Both the position numbers and the translations under genes were made by a program. From Phaeosaccion multiseriatum (lineage: Eukaryota > Protista > Ochrophyta, other classes), in NCBI GenBank assembly GCA_965112735.1, contig OZ218951.1, positions 5,456,001 through 5,520,000 on the forward strand: DNA of 64,000 nt. The letters are read 5' to 3'. Below are positions 45,120-56,548 of this stretch, piece by piece. Below the pieces are notes generated by a model, which saw nothing but the letters and a program-made list of their open reading frames with translations, made no database searches and was not told the origin of the DNA. Position 1 is the first letter of the stretch; each line of letters begins with the position of its first letter.

Positions 45120-46914
45120 ACACACGGGAGCGGCGGCTCGCTTTGGGCCTTGCTTTTGGCAAGGCATTGAGCACTTCAAGTCAGTCAAAGATGGCAATGC
45201 ATGGCACGTCAGTTTCACTTTACGTTGGACGAGTGAGTGTTGATGGAGAGGGTAAAGGGGGTAGGGGGGACTTCACTTGACGATTTGTAATGGGGCTTTA
45301 GCTAGTTTGTCTGCGTGTGAGAGAAGAATCACAAAAAAACAATCAGAGTAAATCATTTTTTTTTTTAAATTAAATTAACACAATCAGTAATATATTTATG
45401 TCGTCCCCTTGCACTTGTGTTACGATGGGCCCGGCGTGTGAGAAGGGGAATATTTTGACTTAATAGGAATCACTGAAACTGAAAGTGTGTGGGTGTGTGT
45501 GTGAGACGAGAGTGTCATGGTGAGGAGGAAGGGGGACGCGTGCACGATTGGAGAACCAAGAGTAGACCCCGAACGGCGGAGGCCGCCGAAGCGACCGCCG
45601 CCGAACAAGGGAGAACTCGGGCCAGGACCGACATGCCCCTCCGCGCAAAGGGCGTTAGGAGGGACAGGCCGGCCGCCCAAGAAGGTGGGCTGCCAACTAG
45701 GTCAAGAGCCGTTAGCAAACAGTCACAACAGTCCACATCACCAAGGCTTCGCCCGGAAGACAGCCAGGGGGAGGTGTTCGGGCACGGCGGGGCAAAGAAA
45801 GCCCTCCTTGCGCTGCCTGTTGCTCGAGTTGCGAAGGAGGGAAAACCCGCACCCCGGGGGAGCGCTCCTCATCGGCCAAGGCCTAGAGCGTCCGCCGAGG
45901 CAGGTCGTCGTGACGACCGTTGCTGCACGCCACTGGCTGCTCAAGAGAAATCCGTTACAGATACACACCGGTGAGGTGAGGGTGGTTATGTGTGGGTCAC
46001 CGGCGAGGGCATACCCACTAAAACTCTTGGGGGCGTTCTTACAGGCGGGCAAGCGGCGAGGAGAGACGCGCCGTTCCCCCTGTGTGCAGGGTGGGCCCTA
46101 CAGGGGGTCGTCTCGTGCTGCGTGCAGTCCTACATCACCTCCTTCCGGGGTCATCAGCCAACCTCCCAACACCAACACCTGAAAATGGCACCTCACCCCG
46201 GCATCGAATATGCTAGACCCAGATAGCGTCCGGGGTCCTCCGCCAGGTAGCGTCCCTCTTCAACGCAGCCGTCCTCGCAGAGGCCCGGGTGATCGGGGCG
46301 GAGGTGCAGAGGGTTGGCAGCTTGCCAGGCCGGTGGTTCGTCACTCCAGTCCAGTCCGCGCGTGGGCACCCAAGGGCGTCTCGTAGGTCGCGGAAGGTCA
46401 GCCACCAGGAGAAGGGCGGCCGGTAGGCGGGTGTAGCGACGGTCCGAACGACGAGAACGCCGTGCCACAACACGCCGAAGAGGTCGCCCCCCCCCCTAGT
46501 GGATCCGTGCGGGAGGCCGTGCGGCGGCGGCCTGAGGAGCGTCCCCGTCGGGCCCAGCCAAAGGCGCGCCATTACAGGGGGAGGGGTGCCGCGGTGGAGG
46601 CCAACTGCAGAAGGTCCTTCTGTGGGAGGGCCGCGAGAAGGGGGGGAGGCAGGGGGCGGTCTTGAACAGCGGCCACTTGATGTGCTGGGAAGCCGGCCGC
46701 GGGGTCGGATAGGAGTGTCAGCGGCCCAGCGACGGGCGCTGGGTGCGGCGGCGATGGCGCTGGAGGAGTCCTCCTCTTGGGGTGGTCGATGTAGGAGTCG
46801 AAGGCAGCCTACGGGGCTGCCCCATTCCGCGGGTTGATAGTACGGGGGAGGATTAATCAAATTCAATTCTAATGCTCACTCTGGATCCACTCTGACGCCT
46901 TTGGTTCGTGATGC

Positions 46915-49062
46915 TCAGGGGTCAGCTCTGCTCCTCTTCCGCGATGGCCCTTCTTCCTGCTCCTTCTCAGTTTCGTTCTGCCCCAGCTCAAAGCCGTACT
47001 CTCCCATCAGTGTCTTCACCTCCCTCGCCATGTCATCTAAGCAGAAGAACTCCGCGGCCTGCAGAGCCTGCTTCGCTCGAACGATGTCGAACAGCTTCAC
47101 ACGCTCCCTCTTTCCACCTCCCCTGCCATTACCTTCAGCCTCTCCTCCTCCTCCTCCTCCTCCTCCTCCTCCTCCTCCTCCTCCTCCTCCTCCTCCTCCT
47201 CCCCCTCCTCCTCCTCCTCCTCGCCTACCGCTGCTGTTGCTGCTGTCGCCCCCCTCCCCCGGCCTTCTCGTCAGCAGCTCCTCCACACCGCCCGTCGTCA
47301 CGAACTGCACCACAGCCTCAAAGCCCTCCTCGGTGAAGTCCACGCCACCATACTTCAGCTCTACATGCTTCATCTGCTTCCTGCCCTTCCCTGCCCCCTT
47401 CTCCCCCCCTTCATCATCTTCATCGTCCCCCTTGTAGCCGTGCTTCCTCGGGTCAAGCATATTCGGAAGAATGCCTATCGCTGAGGCTTGGCCTGTTGAG
47501 GTCTTCACTCTCTCCTCCTCTCTCCCGCTGACCCTCGCCGCCAGCCGCTCCATCAGAGGGATGCTCAAGACGTACTGCTTCTCGCCCTTCTCTCCACTGC
47601 GTGTATTGACCAGCCTAACCCGCACTGTGCTGTCAGCCTTCTCATCCTCAGCACCAGCCATCATGGACGAGTAGTGCTCCGAAACGGTGTGAAGTCTGTC
47701 TGTGACAGCGTTGCGCCCCTCCCGTTCTGTCCTGATGACAGAGTTAATGACACCACTGAAGCCTGCCTCCCCTGCCGCTTTTATCACCTTGTCGTCAACG
47801 GCAGCGCCCATCTTCAGCAGGAATCGAGCAACCTTCTCGCGCGCCTCCTTCTCTCCTGGTGATGCTTGATATTTCTCCAACGTCTGAGCTATCTTCCCTT
47901 CTCCAGGGCGCATGCACGATACCAAAGGACTTTCCCCACCATCGGTGAGGGCATCGACCGCCGCTCCACCCTTCACCAGGAGGTAGGCCAGCTTGATGTT
48001 GCCCACGGCGGCGGCGAGATGCAGTGCGGTGATCGAATTCTTGTCCTTGACATCAACAGAGGCACCAGCGCGTATCAGCTCCCCCAACACCTTCACATTG
48101 CTGTTGCCGACAGCATCCAGCACAGGGCTGTCGCCGTCTCTATCCACAGCATCAAGGGGGGCACCGCGGCGAATGAGCTCTTTCACACATCCCAGTTTTC
48201 CAGACTTAGAGGCCCAGTGGAGCGGCGTGTCCAGGTTGTTGTTCCTTGCATCGACCTGCAGCCCTCTGCCCACAAGAATGGGGATACACTTCTCGTTTCC
48301 GAAAAACGCGGCGAGGTGCAGGAGAGTGGCGCCACCTTCTGTCTCTATCACCTGCACATCTGCGCCCTTCTCGAGCAAGATGGACAGAGCCTCGGCCCGC
48401 CCTGCTTTCGAGCCCTTCTTGTCAATCCCACTGCAGCACCTCTGGGCAGCCGTATCCTCATCCTGATTCTTCTCCAATACATTGGCCCCTGCCTTCAGCA
48501 GCATCTTCACAATCGAAGGGCTCCCATACTGAGCCGCACCATGCAAGGCATAGCTCCCCTCCAATTTGGCTCCATGCTTAAGCAAGTACCACACTATCAT
48601 GGTTTGGCCGTCGACAGCAGCAAGGTGTAGAGGTGTCCCTCCAGCATCCCACTCGACGTTGATATCCGCACCCGCCTCCACTAGCCCCTTCACCAAGTCA
48701 AAGTGCCCCCTCAATGCAGCAAGGTGTAGAGCCGTCTCGCCAGGCTCATCTTCATCATCCTCATACATGCGTTTCGCGTCCAGGTTCAGTCCGCACTCCT
48801 CCAGCAGCTTCACCCCCTCCAGCATCCTCGAACCCTTCACCTCCGAACAGAGTGTCTTCTTGCTCTGCTCAGCATCCGCGAGGTAGTGCAGCGGACCATA
48901 CCCCTCCTGCTTCAGCTCCTCGACATCGACAGTGCAGAGAACGGCCTTGAGCAAAAGAAGTAGGTCCTCCTTGGTGCTTCCCCAGCCCGAAGCCTCCAGC
49001 TCAACTCTCTTGTCGTACCACTCCTGCACCTTCCCGGCAATCCTCTCCCGCTCCGCGCTCAT
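46915..49062 (-). CDS. Ankyrin-repeat protein with C-terminal BTB/POZ-like domain
   Basis: About 9-10 ankyrin repeats (GETALHLAA, GGTPLHLAA, DTPLHWAS). C-terminal FEAVVQFVTTG...ALQAAEFFCLDDM resembles BTB helices. The start codon is uncertain. Confidence 0.85.
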   Translation of the reverse strand: MSAERERIAGKVQEWYDKRVELEASGWGSTKEDLLLLLKAVLCTVDVEELKQEGYGPLHYLADAEQSKKTLCSEVKGSRMLEGVKLLEECGLNLDAKRMYEDDEDEPGETALHLAALRGHFDLVKGLVEAGADINVEWDAGGTPLHLAAVDGQTMIVWYLLKHGAKLEGSYALHGAAQYGSPSIVKMLLKAGANVLEKNQDEDTAAQRCCSGIDKKGSKAGRAEALSILLEKGADVQVIETEGGATLLHLAAFFGNEKCIPILVGRGLQVDARNNNLDTPLHWASKSGKLGCVKELIRRGAPLDAVDRDGDSPVLDAVGNSNVKVLGELIRAGASVDVKDKNSITALHLAAAVGNIKLAYLLVKGGAAVDALTDGGESPLVSCMRPGEGKIAQTLEKYQASPGEKEAREKVARFLLKMGAAVDDKVIKAAGEAGFSGVINSVIRTEREGRNAVTDRLHTVSEHYSSMMAGAEDEKADSTVRVRLVNTRSGEKGEKQYVLSIPLMERLAARVSGREEERVKTSTGQASAIGILPNMLDPRKHGYKGDDEDDEGGEKGAGKGRKQMKHVELKYGGVDFTEEGFEAVVQFVTTGGVEELLTRRPGEGGDSSNSSGRRGGGGGGGGGGGGGGGGGGGGGGGGGGEAEGNGRGGGKRERVKLFDIVRAKQALQAAEFFCLDDMAREVKTLMGEYGFELGQNETEKEQEEGPSRKRSRADP

Positions 49063-49283
49063 CTTCCTCGAGAGCACTCTCTTCCCCTATCCAAGCGGCT
49101 CAGTCGTACAGACAACAGCAAGAAAGGTCGGGAGGAGAGATGGAGGAGGAGAGAATGAACTCAAAGAGTGCTCAATATATATTACACCCTTAAGTGCCAT
49201 GTCCTCATCGCCTCACAGAAAAAATAGGTGTATAACCAACTTCCCATGTTGTCATGTCTCGGACACACGTTAGTTGACGGGGT

Positions 49284-51014
49284 ATGTTTTCTCTCCTGGC
49301 TCTATTTGTAGCAGGTCTACTCCATTCCACAGATGCGTTTGCGCCTCCTCTGCACGTGGTCGCGACAAGCAGTCGAAGAGTCAAGCAGGCTCGTTGTACG
49401 GCATCCTTCGACGGCAGTTTGATAACATCTCGCCTCCAAAGAACATCTCCACTGCACCCTTCTTCTACCGTCGTGGGCTCAACTGCAACTGCACCGGCAA
49501 CGACGACCCAACCTACTGAAGACACATACGACTGGAGGAATCAGTGGTACGCCTTGACATTTTCGTCCTACATTCCCAACCCATCGGACTCGGCAGAAGC
49601 GGTTCCAGCGGCAGTATTCGGAGAACCTCTCGTGCTTTGGAGGTCTTGTGATAATGATGATACGAGCATTCACTGCGCTGTGGATGTGTGCCCGCACCGA
49701 GCGGCGGCGCTCAGTGAAGGCCGGGTTCGAGACGGGATGATTGAGTGTCTCTATCACGGGTGGCAATTCCACGGCGACGATGGGTCTTGCGCACGAATTC
49801 CTCAGTTGGAACCGAAGGCTGAGATTCCCAAGCGAGCGTGTTTGCAGATGAAAGAGTGCCGCGTGGTGGAAGGCATAGTTTGGGCGTGGATGGGGAAAGG
49901 AAAGGCAGATACCGACCCACCGATGCAAAATGATCTTCTCGACCCAGTGACGGGAAAGGCTGACGGTGTCTACGTCAACGACTTTCAGATCGATCTTCCC
50001 TACGACCACAGCTTCTTGGCGGAGAATCTCATTGATCCGGCCCACATCCCCATTAGCCACGACAAGACGCAGGGTGGTGGCAAGAGAGAGAATGCACAGG
50101 CGTACGAAATGATTGTGGACGAAGACAGCGTGAGTGAAAAGGGCTTCACTGGGCGCTTTCGCTTTGCAGCTGCGGCGGCCAAGGATGGGCCCTGGACGGA
50201 GCTCAAATTTGACGCACCAGGAATCATCCGCCAAACAGGGAATCCTCGAGGGAACATTCTATTCGGAGCCGCCCTTCATTGCATGCCGCTAGCGCTGGGG
50301 CGTTCTCGCCTGCTATTTCGGGTGTACATCGGTGGCCTTCCGTGGTTTGCGCGCACACTTTTGGCGCTCCGGCCAAAAGCCTTCTCCGCGCTGAATAGTT
50401 GCAAAGTCCTGGAGCAGGATGTGGGCCTGATTACCACGCAGGAGGATCACTTTGCCCGCAACCCAGGCACAAGCTTGGGGGACGACTTTCTTCTCCTCGG
50501 GTCCTCCGACGTGTTTGTGGGACAGTACCGCAGGTGGTTGGACCGCGTGGGGCATGGGATGCCCTGGTTTCAAGGCCTGGCAACAAAGAGCTCTTCCTCT
50601 AGTGCGGCTGCTGCTGGACGTGCGACTAACGCTCTTGCTCCGAACGACCACTTGACTGGCACCGAGCTTCCTCCGGCGTTGGATCCGGCAACGCACAGAG
50701 CGTCGGCACATGTGGAGACGCGCTATCATCGCCACGTTATGCACTGCCCAGACACGCGCCAGATGCTTCGAAGAGTGCAGGTCCTCAAGCGCGTCTGCAT
50801 CACACTGGGCATTGCTGCAGCGGCTTCGGTCGCGGGGCTGGCAGCGACGCCTTCATTGCTGAGTCGATTCCCCCCCGTCCTTGTCCGGCTCGCTGCTTCC
50901 TCCGTCCCTGTGTCTGCCCTTGGGTCGTTTGCACTGCAGCGTGTGGAGCGTGCCTTCTACGTAAGCTTTCAGCGCAGAAACCAGCTCCGCACCGAAAGCG
51001 GCTTGGATGTTTAA
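49284..51014 (+). CDS. Plastid Rieske/mononuclear-iron oxygenase of the PAO/TIC55/PTC52 family, intronless
   Basis: Rieske motif CPHRAAALSEG...CLYHGWQF, Fe-binding ENLIDPAHIPISH, N-terminal DWRNQWY, bipartite leader TDA-FAP, and two C-terminal hydrophobic helices. Confidence 0.92.
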   Translation: MFSLLALFVAGLLHSTDAFAPPLHVVATSSRRVKQARCTASFDGSLITSRLQRTSPLHPSSTVVGSTATAPATTTQPTEDTYDWRNQWYALTFSSYIPNPSDSAEAVPAAVFGEPLVLWRSCDNDDTSIHCAVDVCPHRAAALSEGRVRDGMIECLYHGWQFHGDDGSCARIPQLEPKAEIPKRACLQMKECRVVEGIVWAWMGKGKADTDPPMQNDLLDPVTGKADGVYVNDFQIDLPYDHSFLAENLIDPAHIPISHDKTQGGGKRENAQAYEMIVDEDSVSEKGFTGRFRFAAAAAKDGPWTELKFDAPGIIRQTGNPRGNILFGAALHCMPLALGRSRLLFRVYIGGLPWFARTLLALRPKAFSALNSCKVLEQDVGLITTQEDHFARNPGTSLGDDFLLLGSSDVFVGQYRRWLDRVGHGMPWFQGLATKSSSSSAAAAGRATNALAPNDHLTGTELPPALDPATHRASAHVETRYHRHVMHCPDTRQMLRRVQVLKRVCITLGIAAAASVAGLAATPSLLSRFPPVLVRLAASSVPVSALGSFALQRVERAFYVSFQRRNQLRTESGLDV

Positions 51015-51098
51015 GTGTTAGCGCAGAAACCAGCTCCGCACCGAACCAGCTCCGCACCGAAAGCGGCTTGGATGTTTAAGTGTTTAGTGTGTTTAAGA
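50970..51098 (+). repeat. Tandem duplication of the last ~45 nt of the Rieske CDS
   Basis: agcgcagaaaccagctccgcaccgaaagcggcttggatgtttaagtgtt is repeated after the stop codon, with an internal sub-duplication. Confidence 0.9.
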
Positions 51099-51638
51099 AG
51101 CCTCCTCAAGTGCTTCACTTACTTTAGCTGCCGCAACGCCGTAGAGGCGCTCTTTCTCGTAGTGACGTCGGCAATGAGCATATCACAGCCATCGTAGCTA
51201 TAGCCAATCTCCCTCCATCCCAGCATATCATAGCCATCCTAATCTAACCACAATCTCCCTCCATCCTCCATCCCAGTTGTGTTTTGTGGGAGACGGGAAG
51301 GGGAAGGGGTTCCGGGTCGGGGTGGCCACAATTTTACTGCAACCTTTTCTCTTCGTGTCTCTCTTCCTCCTCGCTCTCACGGCCCCTGGATACTGCCGCA
51401 CACAACACAAAAAGCTTTTTTGGAGGACGGAGGAGGAAGAAGGAAGGACACCCGAACCGCAGCGCCGGTGAGGAGGTTGAGAACGAACCCCGAACAGGCA
51501 CCAGGAAGAAGAAGTCGATCGAACGGGTTTTAGTCAGGTAGTCTCCTCTCCTGCTGTCGCTACCTCTGGGACTGTGGGTGGGTTCCTTGCACGCATTGAG
51601 GCAACGAACGAGCCTACCAAGCACCCACCCAGGCAAGC

Positions 51639-54412
51639 ATGTTGGTGAGGGTGCGGAGCCAGGTGGGCGTGTGGCGGCTCGGAGTGTCAAGCGACACCAC
51701 CATTGCAGAGCTCCGGAAGCAGATCTCCCAGGAACACAATGTCGACCTCATGACGGACAGCGAGGCCAACAACAGCAGCCAGCCGCTGACGCTTAAGCCC
51801 AATGCAAAGGTTTGTGTGTGTGTGAAAAGTCTTTTTGCTGCTTGCGGACGGGACGCTCAGTTCCCTCCCCTCCTCTCCTCATAACCTTCTCTATCGTACA
51901 TCCGCCTGATTCCTGTTCAAGATGCGAAGCCTCTCGTCTGGACCCAAACATGGGCCCGATGTCCGGCTGATTGCGAACCGCATCTCCTTACCGAGGCTTT
52001 TGCTCCCCCCTCCTCCCCCTCCTTGCCTCAGCGCAATGAATCTTCTGAAACTCTACCGTTGTCTCATCTCTCTGTCTTCGTCTCATATCTCTCATCTCTC
52101 TCTCCCTCTCTCCCTTCCCCCACTCCCTCTCCCTCCCCCTCCCTCCCCCTCCCTTCCCCCCACCCCTCTCTCCTCCCAAGGGGCAAGAGCCGCCCCTCCC
52201 TCTGGACGCCACCCTGGGGTCGCTTGGCCTCAACCACGGAGACATGCTTCACCTCAACCTGAGCGACACCTCCCAGACAGCCGCAGCGGTGGCTCATGAG
52301 GAGGCAAAGGGAGGGAAGAAGGTCAACAAAGACGGCAGCATCGTGCAGCAGACGTACGAAGACCTGAGCAAAAAAAAGGGGTTCCGCCCCGGCATGATGT
52401 CGCTGAGGAGCATGAAGATGAAGTGGACCCTCAATGTACGTTAGTTGTCATTACGTATCGCCACGTAGTGTGTGCACGGGTGGGGTTGGGGTGAACAAAG
52501 AACAAAGATTTTGATAATTGCTTGGTTGATGGATTGATCCACCTTTGAATGAGTGTGACAAGTGAGAAGCTCTAGAAGCTCTGTAGTATGTGTGCTCTCG
52601 CCGTATTTTGCCATCTGTCTCTCACCTAACATCCCCGCCCCTCCCCCCCCCTCTCCCCCCTTCTCCCTCCTTCTCTCTCTCTCTGTCTGCCCCTGTGATG
52701 TGCATGCATCGGTTGCCATCCCACCTCATCCATTGCCATCCCATCCCTTGTCACATCTGTCACAGGACTTTGTGGCCATGGACGATCAGTTTGTGTTTAA
52801 GATCAAGCGCCAGGACAAGGCCGTCACAACTGGCGCTGTGCTGGATTCCAACTCGTGCAATAGCTTCCAGAGCTACGTCCGCCAGTTCGCCTTCCACCGC
52901 TCACGCGTAGCCTTCCTCTACGGTACGCGGAGAGGCGAAGGGAAGGGAAGGGAAGGGGAAGAGACGGGAGGGGGGAGGGGTCCAAGCTTGAGGTTGGGAA
53001 GGGTAGAGAAGGGAAGGAAGTGGTCTATTGGAGGGGAGAGGGAGATAGGGGAAGGGAGGGAGGGAAAGAGAGGGGACGGTGGAAGAGAAAGGGAATGGCG
53101 GTCCACTACGGGGAAGCTGAAGGAAAAGAAGTCGTCTCCTTTCTATGTGTATGTGCGTGTGCTTATGTTTCCGTGTCCGCATGTGCGTGTGCGTATGTTT
53201 CCGCGTATGATGTATGCCCCCTATCCTTATCTCTCTCCACCCCCCTCTCCACCCCGCAGGGACCTTCGAGGACAGCAAAGCAAAGGTCGAATGTATGTAC
53301 GAACCACCGCAGAACAACACCGCCGAGGGCTTTGAGCTGCTGGACGACCCCATGGAGGACAGAGTCGAGGCGCTGGCCAAGCTCCTTAAGCTCGAGAGGG
53401 TGGGGTGGATGTTCGCACACCCTCCGAGGGAGGAGGGCTTTCTCTTTAGTGGGGCAGAGGTGCTGACGGCGGCAGAGCTGCAGCTAGAGGCGGCGAACGG
53501 GGTTCAGGAGACACCATTTGTAACCGTCAAGGTCACCGCCACAGAGGAGGGGGAGGCCCACTTTGATGCCTTCCAGGTACGTGCAGTATGTCAATGGCTG
53601 GGTGTGTGGGTGGGGATGTCAGGACAGTGGGTGGATAAGGTTGTTAAGTGCATGTGGAGGGTGTGGGTGAGTGAGTGTGTGGAAATGGATGGGTGGATGT
53701 GGTGTGTGAAATGAGTGGATGGATGGATGGATGGATGGATGGATGGATGGATGGATGCGGGTGGGTGGGTGGGTGTGGGTCGTACGCTCCACTCTTGTTA
53801 CCTACGTGGAGGAGGGGTGAGGCGTGTCGCAGTGAGGGCACTCGCCGCTGCTGCCTATGATAATGATGATGCTCTCCACCCGCCTTCTGTACTTGTAGTA
53901 CGGGCGTGCCTTGAACCCCTCCCCCCCTCTCTCCCTCGCCCCCACCCAAACCCCACAAAACGAAACCGTAGGTGTCCCTCCAATGCATGGAGATGGTGGC
54001 AGAGAGTGCCATCGATGTGGGCGTGCACCCCGGCTCCTGTGCCGTGAGCGACTCCTTCACTGCCGTAGTGGAGGGCAAGGAGGCGAAGGAGATTGACAAC
54101 TCCTTCTTCCTCACCGTAGTGCCCATCGAGCAACACTCCAGCGAGCTCCTCGTCAGCACCTTCCCCAAGGCACACCGAGAGGGAACCGTGCAGACATGGG
54201 AATGTGTCAAGTCTCAGCTGCAGAAGGCGGGGTCGCAAGGTTTTCAGTACATCGACTTGCTGGCGGACTTCCACCTGTTGCTCTTCCTGTCGGAGTTCCT
54301 TGACATAGGAACGGATTTACCTCGGATTTGTGCCTCCATTACTGACAAGAGTGTGCCTCTCGAGGACGGTTTCAAGCTCATCATCAACAACATGGCGGGC
54401 CTCGACGATTGA
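51639..54412 (+). CDS. NPL4: NPL4 (Cdc48/p97-Ufd1 cofactor), exons 51639-51809, 52181-52435, 52767-52922, 53260-53576, 53972-54412
   Basis: N-terminal UBL (MLVRVRS...LGLNHGDML), then [70 protein letters not shown]. Confidence 0.92.
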
Positions 54413-56548
54413 TGAGTCATCGATGCGAGGATTGATGGACCATGGGGACGGCTGCGTTGACGGAGGATTGATGAAGGATGACTGATGACCACCGAGGACT
54501 GAGGACTGAGGACTGAGGACTGAGGACTGAAGGCTGAGCACTCAGGACTCGAGTCACACAAGCGAGAGTCGAGAGCAGTGGGGTAGGAATTTTGGTGAAG
54601 AGTCATCTGAGATTTTGGCGGCAGAGCTCTACCCCGCCGCCTGCTCCTTCTCCTTCACTCCTTCCCCTGCCTCGCGGGCCCCTATCTCACCTTCAGAACC
54701 AAGTCTCTCCTCTTTGTCGCAGCAGTTTGAGTGTCGACCAGAGGTGAGGTGCCATGTGTCTACACACACTCAAACGCTGGGATCAACCAGGGTCACTCGC
54801 TAGGCTGGTGAGTGAAGGGGAGTGGGGCAGGCAGGGGCAGGAAGGAGTGAAGGAGGACGAGCCGAGGCTCCTCGGGGCCCCTGCATCAACCTTCCAAGCG
54901 AGCTGCAGTGATTGCCATTCGAGCCTTGAGTGTAGCACAGCGAGCTCGGAAGTCGAGGGAGGGACAGTAGAGGAGGAGGAGGAGGAGGAGGAGGAGGAGG
55001 AGGAGGAGGAGGAGGAGAATGAGGAGGAGGAGGAGAATGAGGAGGAGGAGGAGGAGGAGGAGGAGGAGGAGGAGGAGGAAGAGGACGAGGAGAAGGAGGA
55101 GGAGGAGGTGAGGCAAGAGAATCAGAAGGAGAGGCAATGTACACAACACACAAGGAGTCCTCCGAAGACGGCCGCGTATGTGCGTGCGTACGTGCGTGCG
55201 TGCGTGCCCAGAAAGAAGTGGGCTGAGAGGATGGGGGGGGTGACAGAGGCTGGGGCGGGGGGTGACCCCCTCTCTTCCTCTCCCTCTCCCCAAAAAGAAA
55301 CACTATACTTGTATAAAATTCAAAAGAGTGATAATTAATGACTCCCACTCTGAGGCTCACAACCAGCAGCAGATCACACTAAGAGCAGAGGCTCTCCCCT
55401 CTTCAATTGATTTTAATTTGAGTTAAAATTGATGTTCACGTGGGTTTCCTTTAGTTTCATTGAAGAGATGCTTCACTCAGAATAAGTATTGTAATGCCGT
55501 AAGAAACAAAACAAACAAACAAGCAAGCAAACAAGCAAACTGGAACTGGACAGTGGTGAGCAAGCGCTTGTTGCTTGCTTGCTGCATTCCCTTGGGGCAC
55601 GGTAAACGCCGGTGAGAAGTGACAGAGTGAGCGGTGGTAAGAGCGAGGGAGTCATCTGCCCACCACCCACCCACTCACTGACGTGGGAAGAGTTAAAACC
55701 GCTGCCTCATAGAGAAGTGCCCCCCCTGGGCCTCCCCTCCCCCTCGGGGGGAATCCCTTCTCTATTTCTGTCTCCATGACGATGTCCCTGCGGAACATTC
55801 GTGGTGGCAGTGGAAAGGTTCAGTAGAGAGGGGGGGGGGGGGAGGGAGGGAGGGAGCAGTGGGGAGCAGAGAAAGGGTCAGCTTTACACGGGAGGCGGGA
55901 GGTGAGGGAGGGAGGGAGAGGAACAAGACAAGAGAGAGGGGCCACACCGAGACCAATCAGGGGTTTCATTCCTCTCCTCTCCGCCACGCTACTGCTGCCT
56001 TCCCTACTACTGCTACTGTATCACCAACTGCTGCTACTGCTCTTCTACCATCCCCACTGCTGCCTCCCGCCGCTCTGTCCGCTACCGAAGAGGGGGGGGT
56101 AGGGTGAGCTTGTCCACAACAGAACAAGGAATCACCCTACGGAATCATCAAGAACAGAACAGGACTGGGAAAGAAGGACTCACTTGGGGATTCGGGAAAG
56201 CAAGACGAGAGAGAAAAGAAAAAAGGAAGGCTCTTGGACACGACAGAAAGAGAAGAGAAGCAGAGACGCAAGCAACCGCCGTTTCAGAAGACTGGACCCT
56301 GACCCAAACCCCAATTCTATCTACCACAGCCCAAGCGTGTCTAGCTCAAAAACTTGGGGGTGGTTGCATTTGCCTGCGGGGGGTGACCTAGTGACAGCCG
56401 GGGTGGGAGGGGATGGGAAGAATGGGACGGGCCGGGGAACAACACCCTCCCCCATTCCCCATACGCTTCCAACGCCTTTCGTCGTTCCGAAACGTCAGCA
56501 CCCCTCTCTCACTCACTCACTCACAATCAAATTGCCGCCCTTTTAACT

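Noticed and set aside
47866-48630. Antisense ORFs over the ankyrin, Rieske and kinase genes
   Set aside because: Shadow ORFs expected in GC-rich coding DNA, with no recognisable motifs.
54754-55338. Poly-Glu ORF
   Set aside because: A (GAG)n tract between convergent genes with no domain or splice support.
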